From contig CAVPIW010000010.1 of the NCBI GenBank assembly GCA_963705105.1, forward strand, positions 96,001 to 160,000: 64,000 nucleotides of DNA, in the 5' to 3' direction. The first letter of the stretch is position 1. Each line of letters starts with the position of its first letter. This stretch comes from an uncultured Nitrospiraceae bacterium. GTDB taxonomy: Bacteria; Nitrospirota; Thermodesulfovibrionia; Thermodesulfovibrionales; Dissulfurispiraceae. Below the pieces are notes generated by a model, which was given only the letters and a program-made list of their open reading frames with translations, did not search any database and was not told where the DNA came from. Below, piece after piece: positions 51,598 to 61,764 of this stretch. The position numbers were made by a program, and so were the translations under genes.

Positions 51598-52613
51598 TGG
51601 AGGCCGCCGTCACCCTGTCCGTTGATGTCGGTATCAAGGCGGCCTGTGCGTCGCTCGATATCGCCCGCTGTCAGTACTATCGGGAGCTGACAAGGAAGAG
51701 CGCGCCTGTGGCGGAACCCCGGAAGCGACCGAGCCCTCCTCGTGCATTATCTGTCCAGGAGCGGCAGGCAGTCCTGGATCACCTGCACAGCGAACGATTC
51801 GTGGACAAGGCACCCCCTGAGGTGTATGCAACTCTTTTGGATGAAGGTGCCTATCACTGCTCCATCCGGACCATGTACCGCATTCTGGAAGACAACCAGG
51901 AGGTCAGGGAACGGAGACACCAGGTGAGCCGCCCGGTGTATCAGAAACCTGAACTTCTTGCCACGGCGCCCAATCAGGTGTGGTCCTGGGATATCACCAA
52001 GCTCCTTGGTCCCGTAAAGTGGACCTACTTCTACCTCTATGTCATCCTGGATATCTTCAGCCGCTATGTTGTGGGCTGGATGGTGGCGGCAGCTGAATCG
52101 GCTGCCTTGGCCCAGAAGCTCATCAAAGAGACTTGTGCAAAGCAGCAGATCATCAAAGGACAGTTGACGATTCACGCAGATCGGGGCTCCTCCATGAAGT
52201 CAAAGCCGGTCGCCTTGCTTCTGGCTGACCTGGGGGTGACGAAGACCCACAGCAGGCCCTATACCAGTGACGATAACCCTTACTCCGAGGCCCAGTTCAA
52301 GACACTCAAGTATCGGCCGGACTTCCCGGAACGCTTCGGCAGCCTTGAGGACTCCCGGAGCTTCTGCCAAGACTTCTTCCCTTGGTATAACAAGGACCAT
52401 CGTCACTCCGGCATCGGACTGCTCACGCCCGACGTTGTCCACTATGGTCGTGCCGGAGATGTCAGGAACACGAGGATTGAGGTTCTGCGGGCTGCCTTTG
52501 AGGCACATCCGGAGCGCTTTGTTAAGAGAATCCCTGTGCCGCCCGCGTTGCCGGAGGCGGCATGGATCAACAAGTCGAAAACGGCTGCTGAGAGTGAGGA
52601 AGTAGTACACTAA
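51597..52613 (+). CDS. IS3 family transposase OrfB (rve integrase core)
   Basis: WSWDIT, HADRGS, DNPYSEAQFKTLKY. Confidence 0.93.
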   Translation: MEAAVTLSVDVGIKAACASLDIARCQYYRELTRKSAPVAEPRKRPSPPRALSVQERQAVLDHLHSERFVDKAPPEVYATLLDEGAYHCSIRTMYRILEDNQEVRERRHQVSRPVYQKPELLATAPNQVWSWDITKLLGPVKWTYFYLYVILDIFSRYVVGWMVAAAESAALAQKLIKETCAKQQIIKGQLTIHADRGSSMKSKPVALLLADLGVTKTHSRPYTSDDNPYSEAQFKTLKYRPDFPERFGSLEDSRSFCQDFFPWYNKDHRHSGIGLLTPDVVHYGRAGDVRNTRIEVLRAAFEAHPERFVKRIPVPPALPEAAWINKSKTAAESEEVVH

Positions 52614-52827
52614 ATGCGGACGACAGGTGTCTCAAAATCATTGACATATTCCGCTTCGGAATACTTGACTGCTAATGCATCGACTCTCACAGATGAAGAG
52701 AAGATGGCATTCTCAACTCGGCTGTTACCAAAGGCTCAAGATCACCTCTCTTTTTAGAGACGTGCTCGCTTTTTCTTGACTGACCACTGCTTTTCGGCTA
52801 TTATTCAAAGAAATATATATTCATTTC

Positions 52828-53787
52828 ATGCAAAATTACCGGGGTGTGCGATTGATACAATTTCAATGCAAGAGATGCAAAGATCTGTTTTCTATAGACA
52901 ATCTATCAGATCAAGACATTAGTGTGAAAAGTTCTGATGTTAATGATCTTGAAGCTTTAAGCAAAATTATTGAACAAGTAGCGAACAGAACGAGATGCCC
53001 AAAGTGCGACTCTTCGGTTTATTTGAAATCTTTGGCAGGCATTAATTTTGATTATCCTGTTGACGTGACAAGCAAGCCAATTGTTCAAAACATTAAGAGA
53101 CTTGTCGATCTTCACAGCGAATATAAACGAAATACCCTCACGGCAGATTCTTTTATCAAATATTCTCAGGAGGCTGAGAATATTACATATGAAATCGTAA
53201 ACAATCTCATTTGGAACCCTGGCGGGCTCATTTTCATAGAAGACACGGATCTGATCAATGACGCCCTGACAGTCGTGAATGAAATTTGGAGAAGCACTAG
53301 CCTTGACGAATTATGGGAAGAAATATCCGCAGGTGGATATCGTGGGCTCATGGTCAATATACTGAGCGACTACATTGAGAGAGCAAAGTATCTCCGTCCT
53401 GTATTTGTCAGCGTCAAGCCTACAGCCGAAGTAAATCTATATTTTCACGAGGCAATGAAATCATGGCTCTTTGGAATGGATGCTGCGGCCCTTATTCTTT
53501 GCTGTGCAATAATGGAGGAGTTCTTGGGAAAAAAATATCCCAAGCTAACTCCACATGAAAGAACGAAAATAACGAAAAAAGGAAAGGGAAAAAAGGGAGA
53601 CCTTGAAGCCCTAATTGACAAGGCAAAAAAAGAACATCTGTTTGATGATACTGATTTCACAAAGGCTACAAAAGTGCGAATCCTTAGAAATGATGCAATT
53701 CATAAACGAAAAAGAATCGAGACCAATGATACATATGATGCAATAGTGAACACGGTCTCAATCGTTGAGAAATTGTTGTTGCAATGA
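52828..53787 (+). CDS. N-terminal Zn-finger, C-terminal HEPN/DUF4145-like protein
   Basis: CKRC...CPKC; EA..S...G...AALILC....E helix and RNDAIH (Rx4H); AT-rich. Confidence 0.6.
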   Translation: MQNYRGVRLIQFQCKRCKDLFSIDNLSDQDISVKSSDVNDLEALSKIIEQVANRTRCPKCDSSVYLKSLAGINFDYPVDVTSKPIVQNIKRLVDLHSEYKRNTLTADSFIKYSQEAENITYEIVNNLIWNPGGLIFIEDTDLINDALTVVNEIWRSTSLDELWEEISAGGYRGLMVNILSDYIERAKYLRPVFVSVKPTAEVNLYFHEAMKSWLFGMDAAALILCCAIMEEFLGKKYPKLTPHERTKITKKGKGKKGDLEALIDKAKKEHLFDDTDFTKATKVRILRNDAIHKRKRIETNDTYDAIVNTVSIVEKLLLQ

Positions 53788-53861
53788 ATGGCAGCAACAT
53801 CTAACGGCACTTGATACGATGTGCTGACAATCATCAAAATTAACCTCAGAAGGACGATTCC

Positions 53862-55076
53862 ATGAGCACACCAACAGGACCTGCCCCCATGCCCCCTCGG
53901 ATTGAGGAACTGACAGTGAAGAATTACCGGGTTCTGCGAGATGTCCAGCTTAAGAAGATAACGCCCCTGACGGTCTTTCTTGGGCCGAACGGGAGCGGGA
54001 AGTCGACTGTTTTTGACGGCTTTGCCTTCCTGTCAGAATGCTTTTCCGTGGGGCTCCGCAAGGCTTGGGACAAGAGAGGCCGATTCAAGGAGCTTCGGAG
54101 CAGGGGGAGTGAAGGCCCGATCGTTTTCGAGTTGAAATACCGGGAGTCGCGCAATTCTCCTCTTATCACATATCATCTCGCCATAGACGAAGGGCGACGG
54201 GGTCCGTTCGTTGCAGAAGAATGGCTGAGATGGAAGCGGCATCCTCATGGTCAACCCTTCAGATTCCTTGATTTCAGACAGGGGAAGGGGTTGGTCGTCA
54301 CGGGAGAGATGCCGGATAAGGACGATCAGCGCATCGAGGAACAGCTCGATTCCACTGATATGCTTGCAGTCAACACACTCGGCCAGTTTGCGAAGCATCC
54401 CCGTGTGAGCGCCCTTCGGAGGTTCATAACAGGGTGGTATCTTTCCTATCTGTCCGCCGACAGCACCCGCTCGACTCCCGAGGCGGGGGCACAGGAGCGT
54501 CTGTCACCGACGGGTGACAACCTGCCGAACGTTATCCAGTATCTGAAGGAGCAGCATGAGGACCGTCTCGATCAAATACTCAATACTCTGTCCCGCCGTG
54601 TTCCCCGGTTGGAGAAGGTCGAAGCCGACATCATGGCGGACGGAAGATTGCTTCTTCAGATCAAGGATTCTCCCTTTGATCGACCCATTCTGTCAAAGTT
54701 TGCATCAGACGGCACGCTGAAGATGCTCGCCTATCTCACGGTTCTCTATGATCCCGATCCGCCACAGTTGATCGGGATCGAAGAGCCGGAAAACTATCTC
54801 CATCCCCGGCTTCTGCCGGAGCTTGCGGAGGAATGCAGGGAGTCGTCAACTCGCACGCAGTTGATGGTGACGACGCATTCCCCCTTCTTTGTAAACGGTC
54901 TCCGCCCGGAGGAACTCTGGGTGCTGAGTCGCGACGATTATGGTTATACAAGGGCCAAAAAGGTATCTGACATGAAGGGGATCAGGGCGTTCATGGATGA
55001 GGGCGCATTGCTCGGGGACCTGTGGATGGAAGAGCAATTCGAATTCGGCGATCCTCTGGGAAAAGGAGCACGATAG
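53862..55076 (+). CDS. ABC-type ATPase (AAA_21/AAA_15)
   Basis: [31 protein letters not shown]. Confidence 0.92.
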   Translation: MSTPTGPAPMPPRIEELTVKNYRVLRDVQLKKITPLTVFLGPNGSGKSTVFDGFAFLSECFSVGLRKAWDKRGRFKELRSRGSEGPIVFELKYRESRNSPLITYHLAIDEGRRGPFVAEEWLRWKRHPHGQPFRFLDFRQGKGLVVTGEMPDKDDQRIEEQLDSTDMLAVNTLGQFAKHPRVSALRRFITGWYLSYLSADSTRSTPEAGAQERLSPTGDNLPNVIQYLKEQHEDRLDQILNTLSRRVPRLEKVEADIMADGRLLLQIKDSPFDRPILSKFASDGTLKMLAYLTVLYDPDPPQLIGIEEPENYLHPRLLPELAEECRESSTRTQLMVTTHSPFFVNGLRPEELWVLSRDDYGYTRAKKVSDMKGIRAFMDEGALLGDLWMEEQFEFGDPLGKGAR

Positions 55077-55085
55077 GTTCACCGC

Positions 55086-55694
55086 ATGCACTTGGTATTC
55101 CTGGTTGAGGAGTCCTCTGCGAGAGAAGCGCTGAATAACCTGATACCTATGATAGTCGGTACGGCGGTCACATTTGAAATTCACCCCTTTCAGGGAAAGC
55201 GCGATTTGCTGGCCAAGCTGCCTTACAGACTGCGGGCTTATCGGCGGTGGATGCCTGCGGATTGGAAGATCGTCGTGTTGATTGATGCCGACAACAATGA
55301 CTGCAGGGAGCTGAAAGATAGATTGGAAAAAATGGCCTTGCAGGCGGGGCTGATGCCGAAGACGGCTGCCGGCGGATCGCAATTTCAGGTTCTCAACAGA
55401 ATCGCCGTTGAGGAACTGGAAGCGTGGTTCTTTGGAGACGTGGAGGCCTTGAGTGACGCATATCCGGGAATTCCCAAAGGGCTGGCAAACAATAGACGAT
55501 TCCGTGATCCCGACGCCGTTTCAGGCGGAACATGGGAAACACTGGAAAGGGTGCTTCAACGGGCCGGATATTTCAAAGGCGGCCTTGAAAAGGTGCGGGC
55601 GGCAAGAGAAATCTCCATGCACATGAATCCCGACCGAAACAGATCGAAAAGTTTCCAGGTCTTCCGGCAGGGGCTGCTGGATCTGGTGGCATAA
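55086..55694 (+). CDS. DUF4276 family (TOPRIM-like) protein
   Basis: FLVEESS, FQGKRDL, VLIDAD, ELEAWFFGD, NRSKSFQ. Confidence 0.85.
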   Translation: MHLVFLVEESSAREALNNLIPMIVGTAVTFEIHPFQGKRDLLAKLPYRLRAYRRWMPADWKIVVLIDADNNDCRELKDRLEKMALQAGLMPKTAAGGSQFQVLNRIAVEELEAWFFGDVEALSDAYPGIPKGLANNRRFRDPDAVSGGTWETLERVLQRAGYFKGGLEKVRAAREISMHMNPDRNRSKSFQVFRQGLLDLVA

Positions 55695-55778
55695 CACGGA
55701 AAATTGTATAATTCAAAGTTAACGTCGGCTGCGAAAGACCAAACCGAACGGACCAACGAAACGACTCAAGAGAACATC

Positions 55779-56261
55779 ATGGCAGATAAACCGCTCGGCG
55801 ACAAAAAGCTATTCAAGCGCCCCTCCTGGGACGAGTACTTCCTGGAGATCGCCAAGGTCGTCTCCTCCCGGTCGACCTGTCTGCGACGTCGGTACGGCGC
55901 CGTCATCGTCAGGGACCACGTCATCGTGAGCACGGGCTACAACGGCGCCCCCCGGGGCTCGATCAACTGCGTCGACATCCGGACCTGCAAGCGGAAGGAG
56001 CTGAACGTGCCGGCCGGGGAGCGCTACGAGCTCTGCGAGGCTGTGCATGCCGAACAGAACGCCATCATCAACGGCCCGCCGGAGCGGATGAAGGACGCCA
56101 CGATCTACATCGCCGGATTCGAGGAGGACGACAGCTTCGCCGAGGGGAAGCCCTGCCTGCTCTGCCGGCGGATGATCAGGAACGCCATGATCGGGCAGGT
56201 CGTGTACCTGCGGAAAGACGGGTCCGTCGTGAAGGTCGAAGACATAAACGCCCTCGCCTGA
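55779..56261 (+). CDS. dCMP deaminase family protein
   Basis: RPSWDEYF, RSTCLRR, TGYNGAP, HAEQNA, PCLLC. Confidence 0.93.
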   Translation: MADKPLGDKKLFKRPSWDEYFLEIAKVVSSRSTCLRRRYGAVIVRDHVIVSTGYNGAPRGSINCVDIRTCKRKELNVPAGERYELCEAVHAEQNAIINGPPERMKDATIYIAGFEEDDSFAEGKPCLLCRRMIRNAMIGQVVYLRKDGSVVKVEDINALA

Positions 56262-56392
56262 CAACATCAGCGCTCCTTTCACCCCGGAAGAACATCTCCT
56301 TTCACTCACACTTTCTTGTTCTGCGGGCAACTTTGCATCATTCGCCGTTTCATGGTATCTTGAGGGAAGCACTTTTGAGGAGGGAAGATACC

Positions 56393-57682
56393 ATGCAGGT
56401 CAGGAAAAGAAGCATCATACTATCGGTTCTTTTTATTTCTCTTGTTCTGCTCGTTCAGCCCGGCACCGCCGCGGAAAAGGCAGCCACGGCAAAGATACCT
56501 CCCTACACGCACTATTGGGTTGACGTGGCCACACAGAACATGACCATGCCCGGGATGTCCGAGGGGATGGGCGGATTCATGGGGAAGATAATGGGGGGGC
56601 CCGGCTTCGGACCGAGCCGCAGCCTGCTCCTGCTTGTCAATTCGCCCATGAAGCTCCCTGCCGATCCGAACGCGACCCACGACATCCCGCCGGGCCAGAA
56701 CATGGGGAAGACACTCCCCCTGATGATCCCCGAGAAGGAAAAGGTCGAGCGCTATGAGCCGGGGGAACGGCACGAGGAGCGTGAGCACGAAAAACCTCGC
56801 TTCCGCATGCTCATCTACTGGGGATGCAGCGACGAGGTCAGGAAGGGCCAGCCCCGCGTGCTCGATACGGAAAAGATGAACCCCGCCGAATTCGGCAGGG
56901 CCATGTCCGGCATCAGGGCGACGCAGCAGTATCCTCCGTCACCACGTTCCGGCTGGATCTTCGCCGACTGGCCGAACAAAAAGAGCAGGATCGAGGTGCC
57001 CAAGGACAGCTCCCTGACGGGAGACCACTTCGTGCACGGCAACTACGTCCCCGATATCCGGTTCGCCGTCGGGCCGAGACACGACTTCATGGCGCCCGTC
57101 GAATTCACCTCCACATCGGGTACGCTCGCCGACCCCGTCCGCTTTGACTGGCGCGAAATACCCACGGCCATCGGGTATTACGCTTACGCCATGGGAAACA
57201 ACGACCGCGAAGGCGAGATGATCATCTGGTCATCCAGTGAAATCCCCGATGCCTCCTTCGGGCTCATGGATTACCTGACGCCGGGAGATGTGCAGAAATT
57301 CATCAAGGAAAAAATCGTTATGCCTCCCGGCACAACCACCTGCACCATCCCGCGGGGCATTTTCAAGGATACGGGCGGTCCGATGCTCCAGTTCATCGGG
57401 TATGGCGACGAGTTGAACCTGATCCACCCCCCCAAGCCGAAGGACCCGAAGCAGCCCTGGAACCCCATATGGTCCGTCAAGATGAGGCTGAAATCGACGG
57501 GCATGCTCATGCTCGGACAGAGCGACGAAAGGAAGCCCTCGCGCTCCCGCGACCAAAAGGGGCAGGAGTCCGGCGAGCAGGACCAGAGGACGAGAAAGCA
57601 GGAGCAGGAGCGGAAACCGGAGGAAAAGCAGCCCGGCGTCGACAAGACCATCGACAAGATCAGGGGGATCTTCGGGTTTTAG
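56393..57682 (+). CDS. exported hypothetical protein
   Basis: Signal peptide, 429-aa ORF with host-like codon usage. Confidence 0.75.
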   Translation: MQVRKRSIILSVLFISLVLLVQPGTAAEKAATAKIPPYTHYWVDVATQNMTMPGMSEGMGGFMGKIMGGPGFGPSRSLLLLVNSPMKLPADPNATHDIPPGQNMGKTLPLMIPEKEKVERYEPGERHEEREHEKPRFRMLIYWGCSDEVRKGQPRVLDTEKMNPAEFGRAMSGIRATQQYPPSPRSGWIFADWPNKKSRIEVPKDSSLTGDHFVHGNYVPDIRFAVGPRHDFMAPVEFTSTSGTLADPVRFDWREIPTAIGYYAYAMGNNDREGEMIIWSSSEIPDASFGLMDYLTPGDVQKFIKEKIVMPPGTTTCTIPRGIFKDTGGPMLQFIGYGDELNLIHPPKPKDPKQPWNPIWSVKMRLKSTGMLMLGQSDERKPSRSRDQKGQESGEQDQRTRKQEQERKPEEKQPGVDKTIDKIRGIFGF

Positions 57683-57694
57683 GTCCTGAAGTCT

Positions 57695-57987
57695 TAACCT
57701 GCGAGTTGCATGAAAAGGCGGGACAAAGTGCTCTGAAAAAGTGTAAGTGTGAGTGTGAGTGAAAGGAATAGTTCAGATATCTATGCGGTCTCCGGGAAGG
57801 CAGATATGGTTCAAAGCCTTTCCAATGCGATGATGGGACTTTTCCAGGTGTTCAGCGCCTGTTGCCTGACGGTCATATGCAATCAATAGACACGGCAAAG
57901 TGTGGTCTGGTGACGCATAAGGTATCTTAGAGGAAAGGCTTTTCACCACATCAGCCTTCCCGTAGGTTCTATTGCAGCGATAAAGTT
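57695..57987 (+). repeat. dispersed MITE-like repeat family, long copy G
   Basis: TAACCTGCGAGTTGCATGAAAAGGCGGG ... ATGGTTCAAAGCCTTTCCAATGCGAT ... TTGCAGCGATAAAGTT. Confidence 0.7.
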
Positions 57988-58021
57988 GCCCGTTTGCAGC
58001 CGCGATGAAGGAGGACAGGTT

Positions 58022-58561
58022 GTGTTCGACTGGAACGTCGTCATCACCATCCACGAACGGTGCTTCAGCCAGGTCGTGAGGCTCTTCGGGAATTTCGGCC
58101 AGATCAGGAGGACCGAGTTCTTCAATGTCCTTGTCCTGAGGACCGGTGACGTGGCCGGCATGCTCGAGACGTTGAGGGGTTGGCTCGTTGACGACCCGAG
58201 GTCGCTCGGCTGCATCTCCCGGCTGATCCCGGTGACGAAGATCTTCGCCTTCCAGTCTCCCGAGGAGTTCGAGGCAAAGTCCCTGGAGGCCGCCCTGGAG
58301 TGGCTGCCGGACCTTGCGGGAAAGGGGTTCCACGTGCGCATGCACCGCCGGGGCTTCCGGGGGAAACTTGCAAGCCTCGACGAGGAACGGGTCCTCGACG
58401 AGGCGCTGCTCGACGGGTTGACCAGGAGGGGGACGCCCGGGCATATCACCTTTGAAGACCCCGATGCCGTCCTGGCGGTGGAGACGGTCGCACAGAGGGC
58501 CGGGCTGTCCCTGTGGACGCGTGAGGACCTCCGGCAATACCCCTTCATCAGGATCGACTGA
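58022..58561 (+). CDS. THUMP-domain-like protein
   Basis: DWNVVIT, FHVRMHRRG, FEDPDAVLAVET, AGLSLW. Confidence 0.6.
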   Translation: MFDWNVVITIHERCFSQVVRLFGNFGQIRRTEFFNVLVLRTGDVAGMLETLRGWLVDDPRSLGCISRLIPVTKIFAFQSPEEFEAKSLEAALEWLPDLAGKGFHVRMHRRGFRGKLASLDEERVLDEALLDGLTRRGTPGHITFEDPDAVLAVETVAQRAGLSLWTREDLRQYPFIRID

Positions 58562-58563
58562 CA

Positions 58564-59727
58564 ATGGACGAACGAAGCCCCCTTCCTGAAGCGATCCGGC
58601 CGGAGGAGTTCGGTCTCCGTGACGACATCATCTACCTGAACCACGCCGGCGTGTCCCCCTGGCCGATTCGCACATCCGAGGCGGTCAGGCGGTTCGCTGA
58701 AGACAATGTGGCTGCCGGCTCCCTCCATTACCCCCTGTGGGTCGATGCCGAGCACGACCTTCGCCGCCAACTCCGCGACTTGCTGCACGCGTCTTCCTCC
58801 GACGACATCGCCCTGCTCAAGAACACGTCCGAGGCCCTGTCCGTCGTCGCCTACGGCATTGCCTGGCGCGAGGGCGACAATGTGGTGAGCACCGATCAGG
58901 AATTTCCGTCCAACAGGATCGTCTGGCAGTCCCTGCAGAGCAGGGGCGTCGAATTCCGCGAAGCCCCGGTCGGCAATACACCGGAACCGGAGGAGGCCAT
59001 CCTCTCGCTCGTTGATGACCGCACCCGTCTCGTCACGGTCAGCTCCATCCAGTTCGGCACGGGCCTCCGCATGGACCTGGGGCGCGTCGGCGCATTCTGC
59101 GAAAAGAGGGGCATTCTTTTTTGTGTCGACGCCATCCAGAGCATCGGCGCCGTCGATCTGGACGTGCAGCGGATCAGGGCTGACTTCGTCATGGCCGACG
59201 GCCACAAGTGGATGCTCGGACCCGAGGGCCTGGCCGTCTTCTACTGCCGTTCATCGGCGCGCGACCTCCTGGGCCTGAATCAGTACGGGTGGCACATGGT
59301 CGAAGAGGCGGGCAATTTCGATGCGAAACAGTGGAAAGTCGCCAAATCGGCCCGCCGGTTCGAGTGCGGAAGCCCGAACATGCTCGGCGCGCAGGCCCTC
59401 CGGGCGAGCCTCTCACTCATCATCGATATCGGGATCGGGACGATCGAAGAGAACGTCCTTGCGAAGAGCTCCTTCATCTGCGAATGTGTTTTGGACAACC
59501 CGGCACTTGAGCTGGTGACGCCCTTTCAGCCGGGCAGGTTCGCGGGGATCGTCACGTTCCGGCTGAAAGAGGGCGACCCGTCAGAACTGCACTGCTATCT
59601 GCGGGAACGGGGGGTGATCTGTGCGATCAGGCACGGGGGCATACGTTTCTCACCTCACTTCTATACGCCGGCCCGTCACATCGAGAAAGCCCTGGGCCAT
59701 GTCGACGCATTCGTCAGGTCACAATAG
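58564..59727 (+). CDS. class V PLP-dependent aminotransferase (cysteine desulfurase-like)
   Basis: YLNHAGVSP, VDAIQSIG, DGHKWMLGP, IRFSPHFY. Confidence 0.9.
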   Translation: MDERSPLPEAIRPEEFGLRDDIIYLNHAGVSPWPIRTSEAVRRFAEDNVAAGSLHYPLWVDAEHDLRRQLRDLLHASSSDDIALLKNTSEALSVVAYGIAWREGDNVVSTDQEFPSNRIVWQSLQSRGVEFREAPVGNTPEPEEAILSLVDDRTRLVTVSSIQFGTGLRMDLGRVGAFCEKRGILFCVDAIQSIGAVDLDVQRIRADFVMADGHKWMLGPEGLAVFYCRSSARDLLGLNQYGWHMVEEAGNFDAKQWKVAKSARRFECGSPNMLGAQALRASLSLIIDIGIGTIEENVLAKSSFICECVLDNPALELVTPFQPGRFAGIVTFRLKEGDPSELHCYLRERGVICAIRHGGIRFSPHFYTPARHIEKALGHVDAFVRSQ

Positions 59728-59752
59728 TAGCCAATAGACAGTAGACAGTAAT

Positions 59753-61138
59753 TGATAACGTTCAGGACATCGTTTACTCAAAGAATGGTCACGACATCGT
59801 TTATCGCTTTGAGCGGATGTATTTTACGATGTCGTGACTCATCACCAGTTATCGCATTTGATAGTTGTATTCTTCAACCTGGATCTTATCCAGAAAGAGT
59901 TTTAATTTTTGCTCTTTGACATCGACAGTAGCCACGACGTATTCATATTGGGTTTCCGGAGGAGCGGGAAACATTTCCCCAAAAATGTTCAGCCGGCAAT
60001 CACTTCGGATGAATCGGACGAAGTGGTAGTAACCCTCTTCTGGCTTATCCAAGGGGTGCCTGGGGACATCCCTCTTACTCGGGAAGATCAACTTCCTTCG
60101 TGTGTCAGTCAAGGCTTTGAGAGGAGTTTTCCCCTTGATCTTACTATAGCGATACGTGCTGTTATGCCTATGCTCGAACACCAGCGACTCCTGTCGAAGC
60201 TGATCCCCGGAGGCCATCTTTACTTTGGCGAGAAACTTCTGCCCATAGTGGTCATTGAATTTTTCAACGACGCCGTTGCGCCATGGCTCAGAAGGTGGAA
60301 TGAACCAGAGATGGACTCCATAACGTAGGCAGAAACGAATAAGTGGTCCCATTCCTCGCGGGTGAGTTGGACTACCGAAGAAAGCCCATTCGTTGTCCAC
60401 TTGAAGATTCTCAGGGATTCCCATGCGTTGCCAGACTGCGTGCACAGCATTCAAAATGCTTTGTGCTGCACGAGATGTCATCGGCTCAATCCCGCACAGG
60501 TTGATTGCAGCATCAACGGCATTCAGGCTGTAGAACCGGATCGGGCCTGTCAAGTAACAGGGGCCGACCAAATCAATCTGATGGGTCTGATTGGGCAAGA
60601 GAGCCGGAAGTTCGGGATACTTCTTGCCCTTGGGCTCATACCGCCCGGCCCGTCGACGGGTCAATTCCAGGCGGCGTAAGATACGGCCAATTGTGCTCAG
60701 GGAAGGGATCGGCTGGATCTCCATGTCCTTCATCTCCCACTGAATGGCCTGATTGCCGCAAAAGACGCCCTTGTTGTACAGGCTTAACCGAACCATCTCC
60801 ACGATCTTTTCAATCTCCGTTGGCGTTCGTGATGGGCTGCAAAGGGGTCGCCGGGACTGATCTTCGAACCATGTCGGATTATCTGGGATATACCGTGCAA
60901 TCCATTTGTACAGCCACGGCTTTGTCTTTCTCAGTGAGGAGCAGATACTTTGGGGACTTTCCCCTTTTAGGTATCGCTGTACTGCCGATACCCGTTGCTT
61001 CAGGAGAGTCTTCTTCATGAACACCTCCGCAAAACAGATGTTCATGATAAAAACCGCTGTGGCTACATCATTGTCAAAGAGCGATAGTAAACGATGTCTT
61101 GAACCGAAAATAAGTAAACGATGTGTTGAACGTTGTCA
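59753..61138 (-). mobile_element. IS481 family insertion sequence
   Basis: TIRs TGA(T/C)AACGTTCA..ACATCGTTTAC; 6-bp TSD AGTAAT (59747-59752, 61139-61144). Confidence 0.9.
59849..61018 (-). CDS. IS481 transposase
   Basis: HTH; HQIDL, LQVDN, PWRNGVVEKFN. Confidence 0.9.
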   Translation of the reverse strand: MKKTLLKQRVSAVQRYLKGESPQSICSSLRKTKPWLYKWIARYIPDNPTWFEDQSRRPLCSPSRTPTEIEKIVEMVRLSLYNKGVFCGNQAIQWEMKDMEIQPIPSLSTIGRILRRLELTRRRAGRYEPKGKKYPELPALLPNQTHQIDLVGPCYLTGPIRFYSLNAVDAAINLCGIEPMTSRAAQSILNAVHAVWQRMGIPENLQVDNEWAFFGSPTHPRGMGPLIRFCLRYGVHLWFIPPSEPWRNGVVEKFNDHYGQKFLAKVKMASGDQLRQESLVFEHRHNSTYRYSKIKGKTPLKALTDTRRKLIFPSKRDVPRHPLDKPEEGYYHFVRFIRSDCRLNIFGEMFPAPPETQYEYVVATVDVKEQKLKLFLDKIQVEEYNYQMR

Positions 61139-61399
61139 AGTAATCAGTAGTCGGAGCAAGGCGACGAACATACCTGCAGACTGTTCAGCCATTCAACTCA
61201 ATCAACTTGGTCAACCTTATCTTTGCATACGACATCTGGGAAGGCGGGGCGAAGATGCCGAAAAGCTTTGGTGACAACGACAATGATTATTTTAGTCTCC
61301 TTTTGATCGATTTCATTCAATCGACTGTTCCGCCCGGTGTTCGTGGCCTTGTTTCGACTGCCGACCGCCACCAATGACTTAATGACTTGAAATCATTGG

Positions 61400-61635
61400 T
61401 GTCCAAAATAACGTGACACGAGGATTGGGCATGCTTTCTTCGCAAAATAAACTTCCTCTTCTCATGTGTATGCCTTTGCTATGAAAACCTTTGCCTTTTC
61501 TGATACACTGTGCGGCTCCCGCTGCGGCTTGCGCCTTCGACTCCCGCCGCCGTTCACGTTACCCGTGAATTTTGCTTCAGAAACCACACCCAATCCTCGC
61601 TTTCAAGGTGGTCTCGCTGCAAGATATTTTGGACA
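61400..61635. repeat. MITE-like element with nested inverted repeats
   Basis: TGTCCAAAATA...TATTTTGGACA ends and internal CGAGGATTGGG/CCCAATCCTCG. Confidence 0.55.
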
Positions 61636-61764
61636 GGGGTGACTTGAATTAATAACCCGGCAACAGATGAACTGCACCACGCTTTGTCATTCCGGCTTGT
61701 CCGGAATCCTTCTTTTTAACGGTAGCCGGGCATTATCCCCGTGTCAGATTACTCGGGACACCCA

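Larger units (their letters stand above)
51014..52654 (+). mobile_element. IS3 family insertion sequence
   Basis: Inverted TGTCAAT...TGAGACACCT at 51022 and 52646; orfA/orfB; A8G slippery site at ~51533. Confidence 0.88.
50023..52757 (+). pseudogene. AlbA_2 (Schlafen-like) domain protein interrupted near its 3' end by an IS3-family element
   Basis: ESMFLDFK, AKAISGFGNSGGGVIVWGV, PHQ...YYIRAGS; the frame resumes after the IS to TAG 52755-52757. Confidence 0.75.

Noticed and set aside
53797..53830. attC after the HEPN gene (ATCTAAC)
   Set aside because: No complementary GTTAGAT partner or palindrome nearby.
43027..55694. Complete DISARM or BREX system
   Set aside because: No DrmA/DrmB (DUF1998), PglZ or BrxC recognisable.
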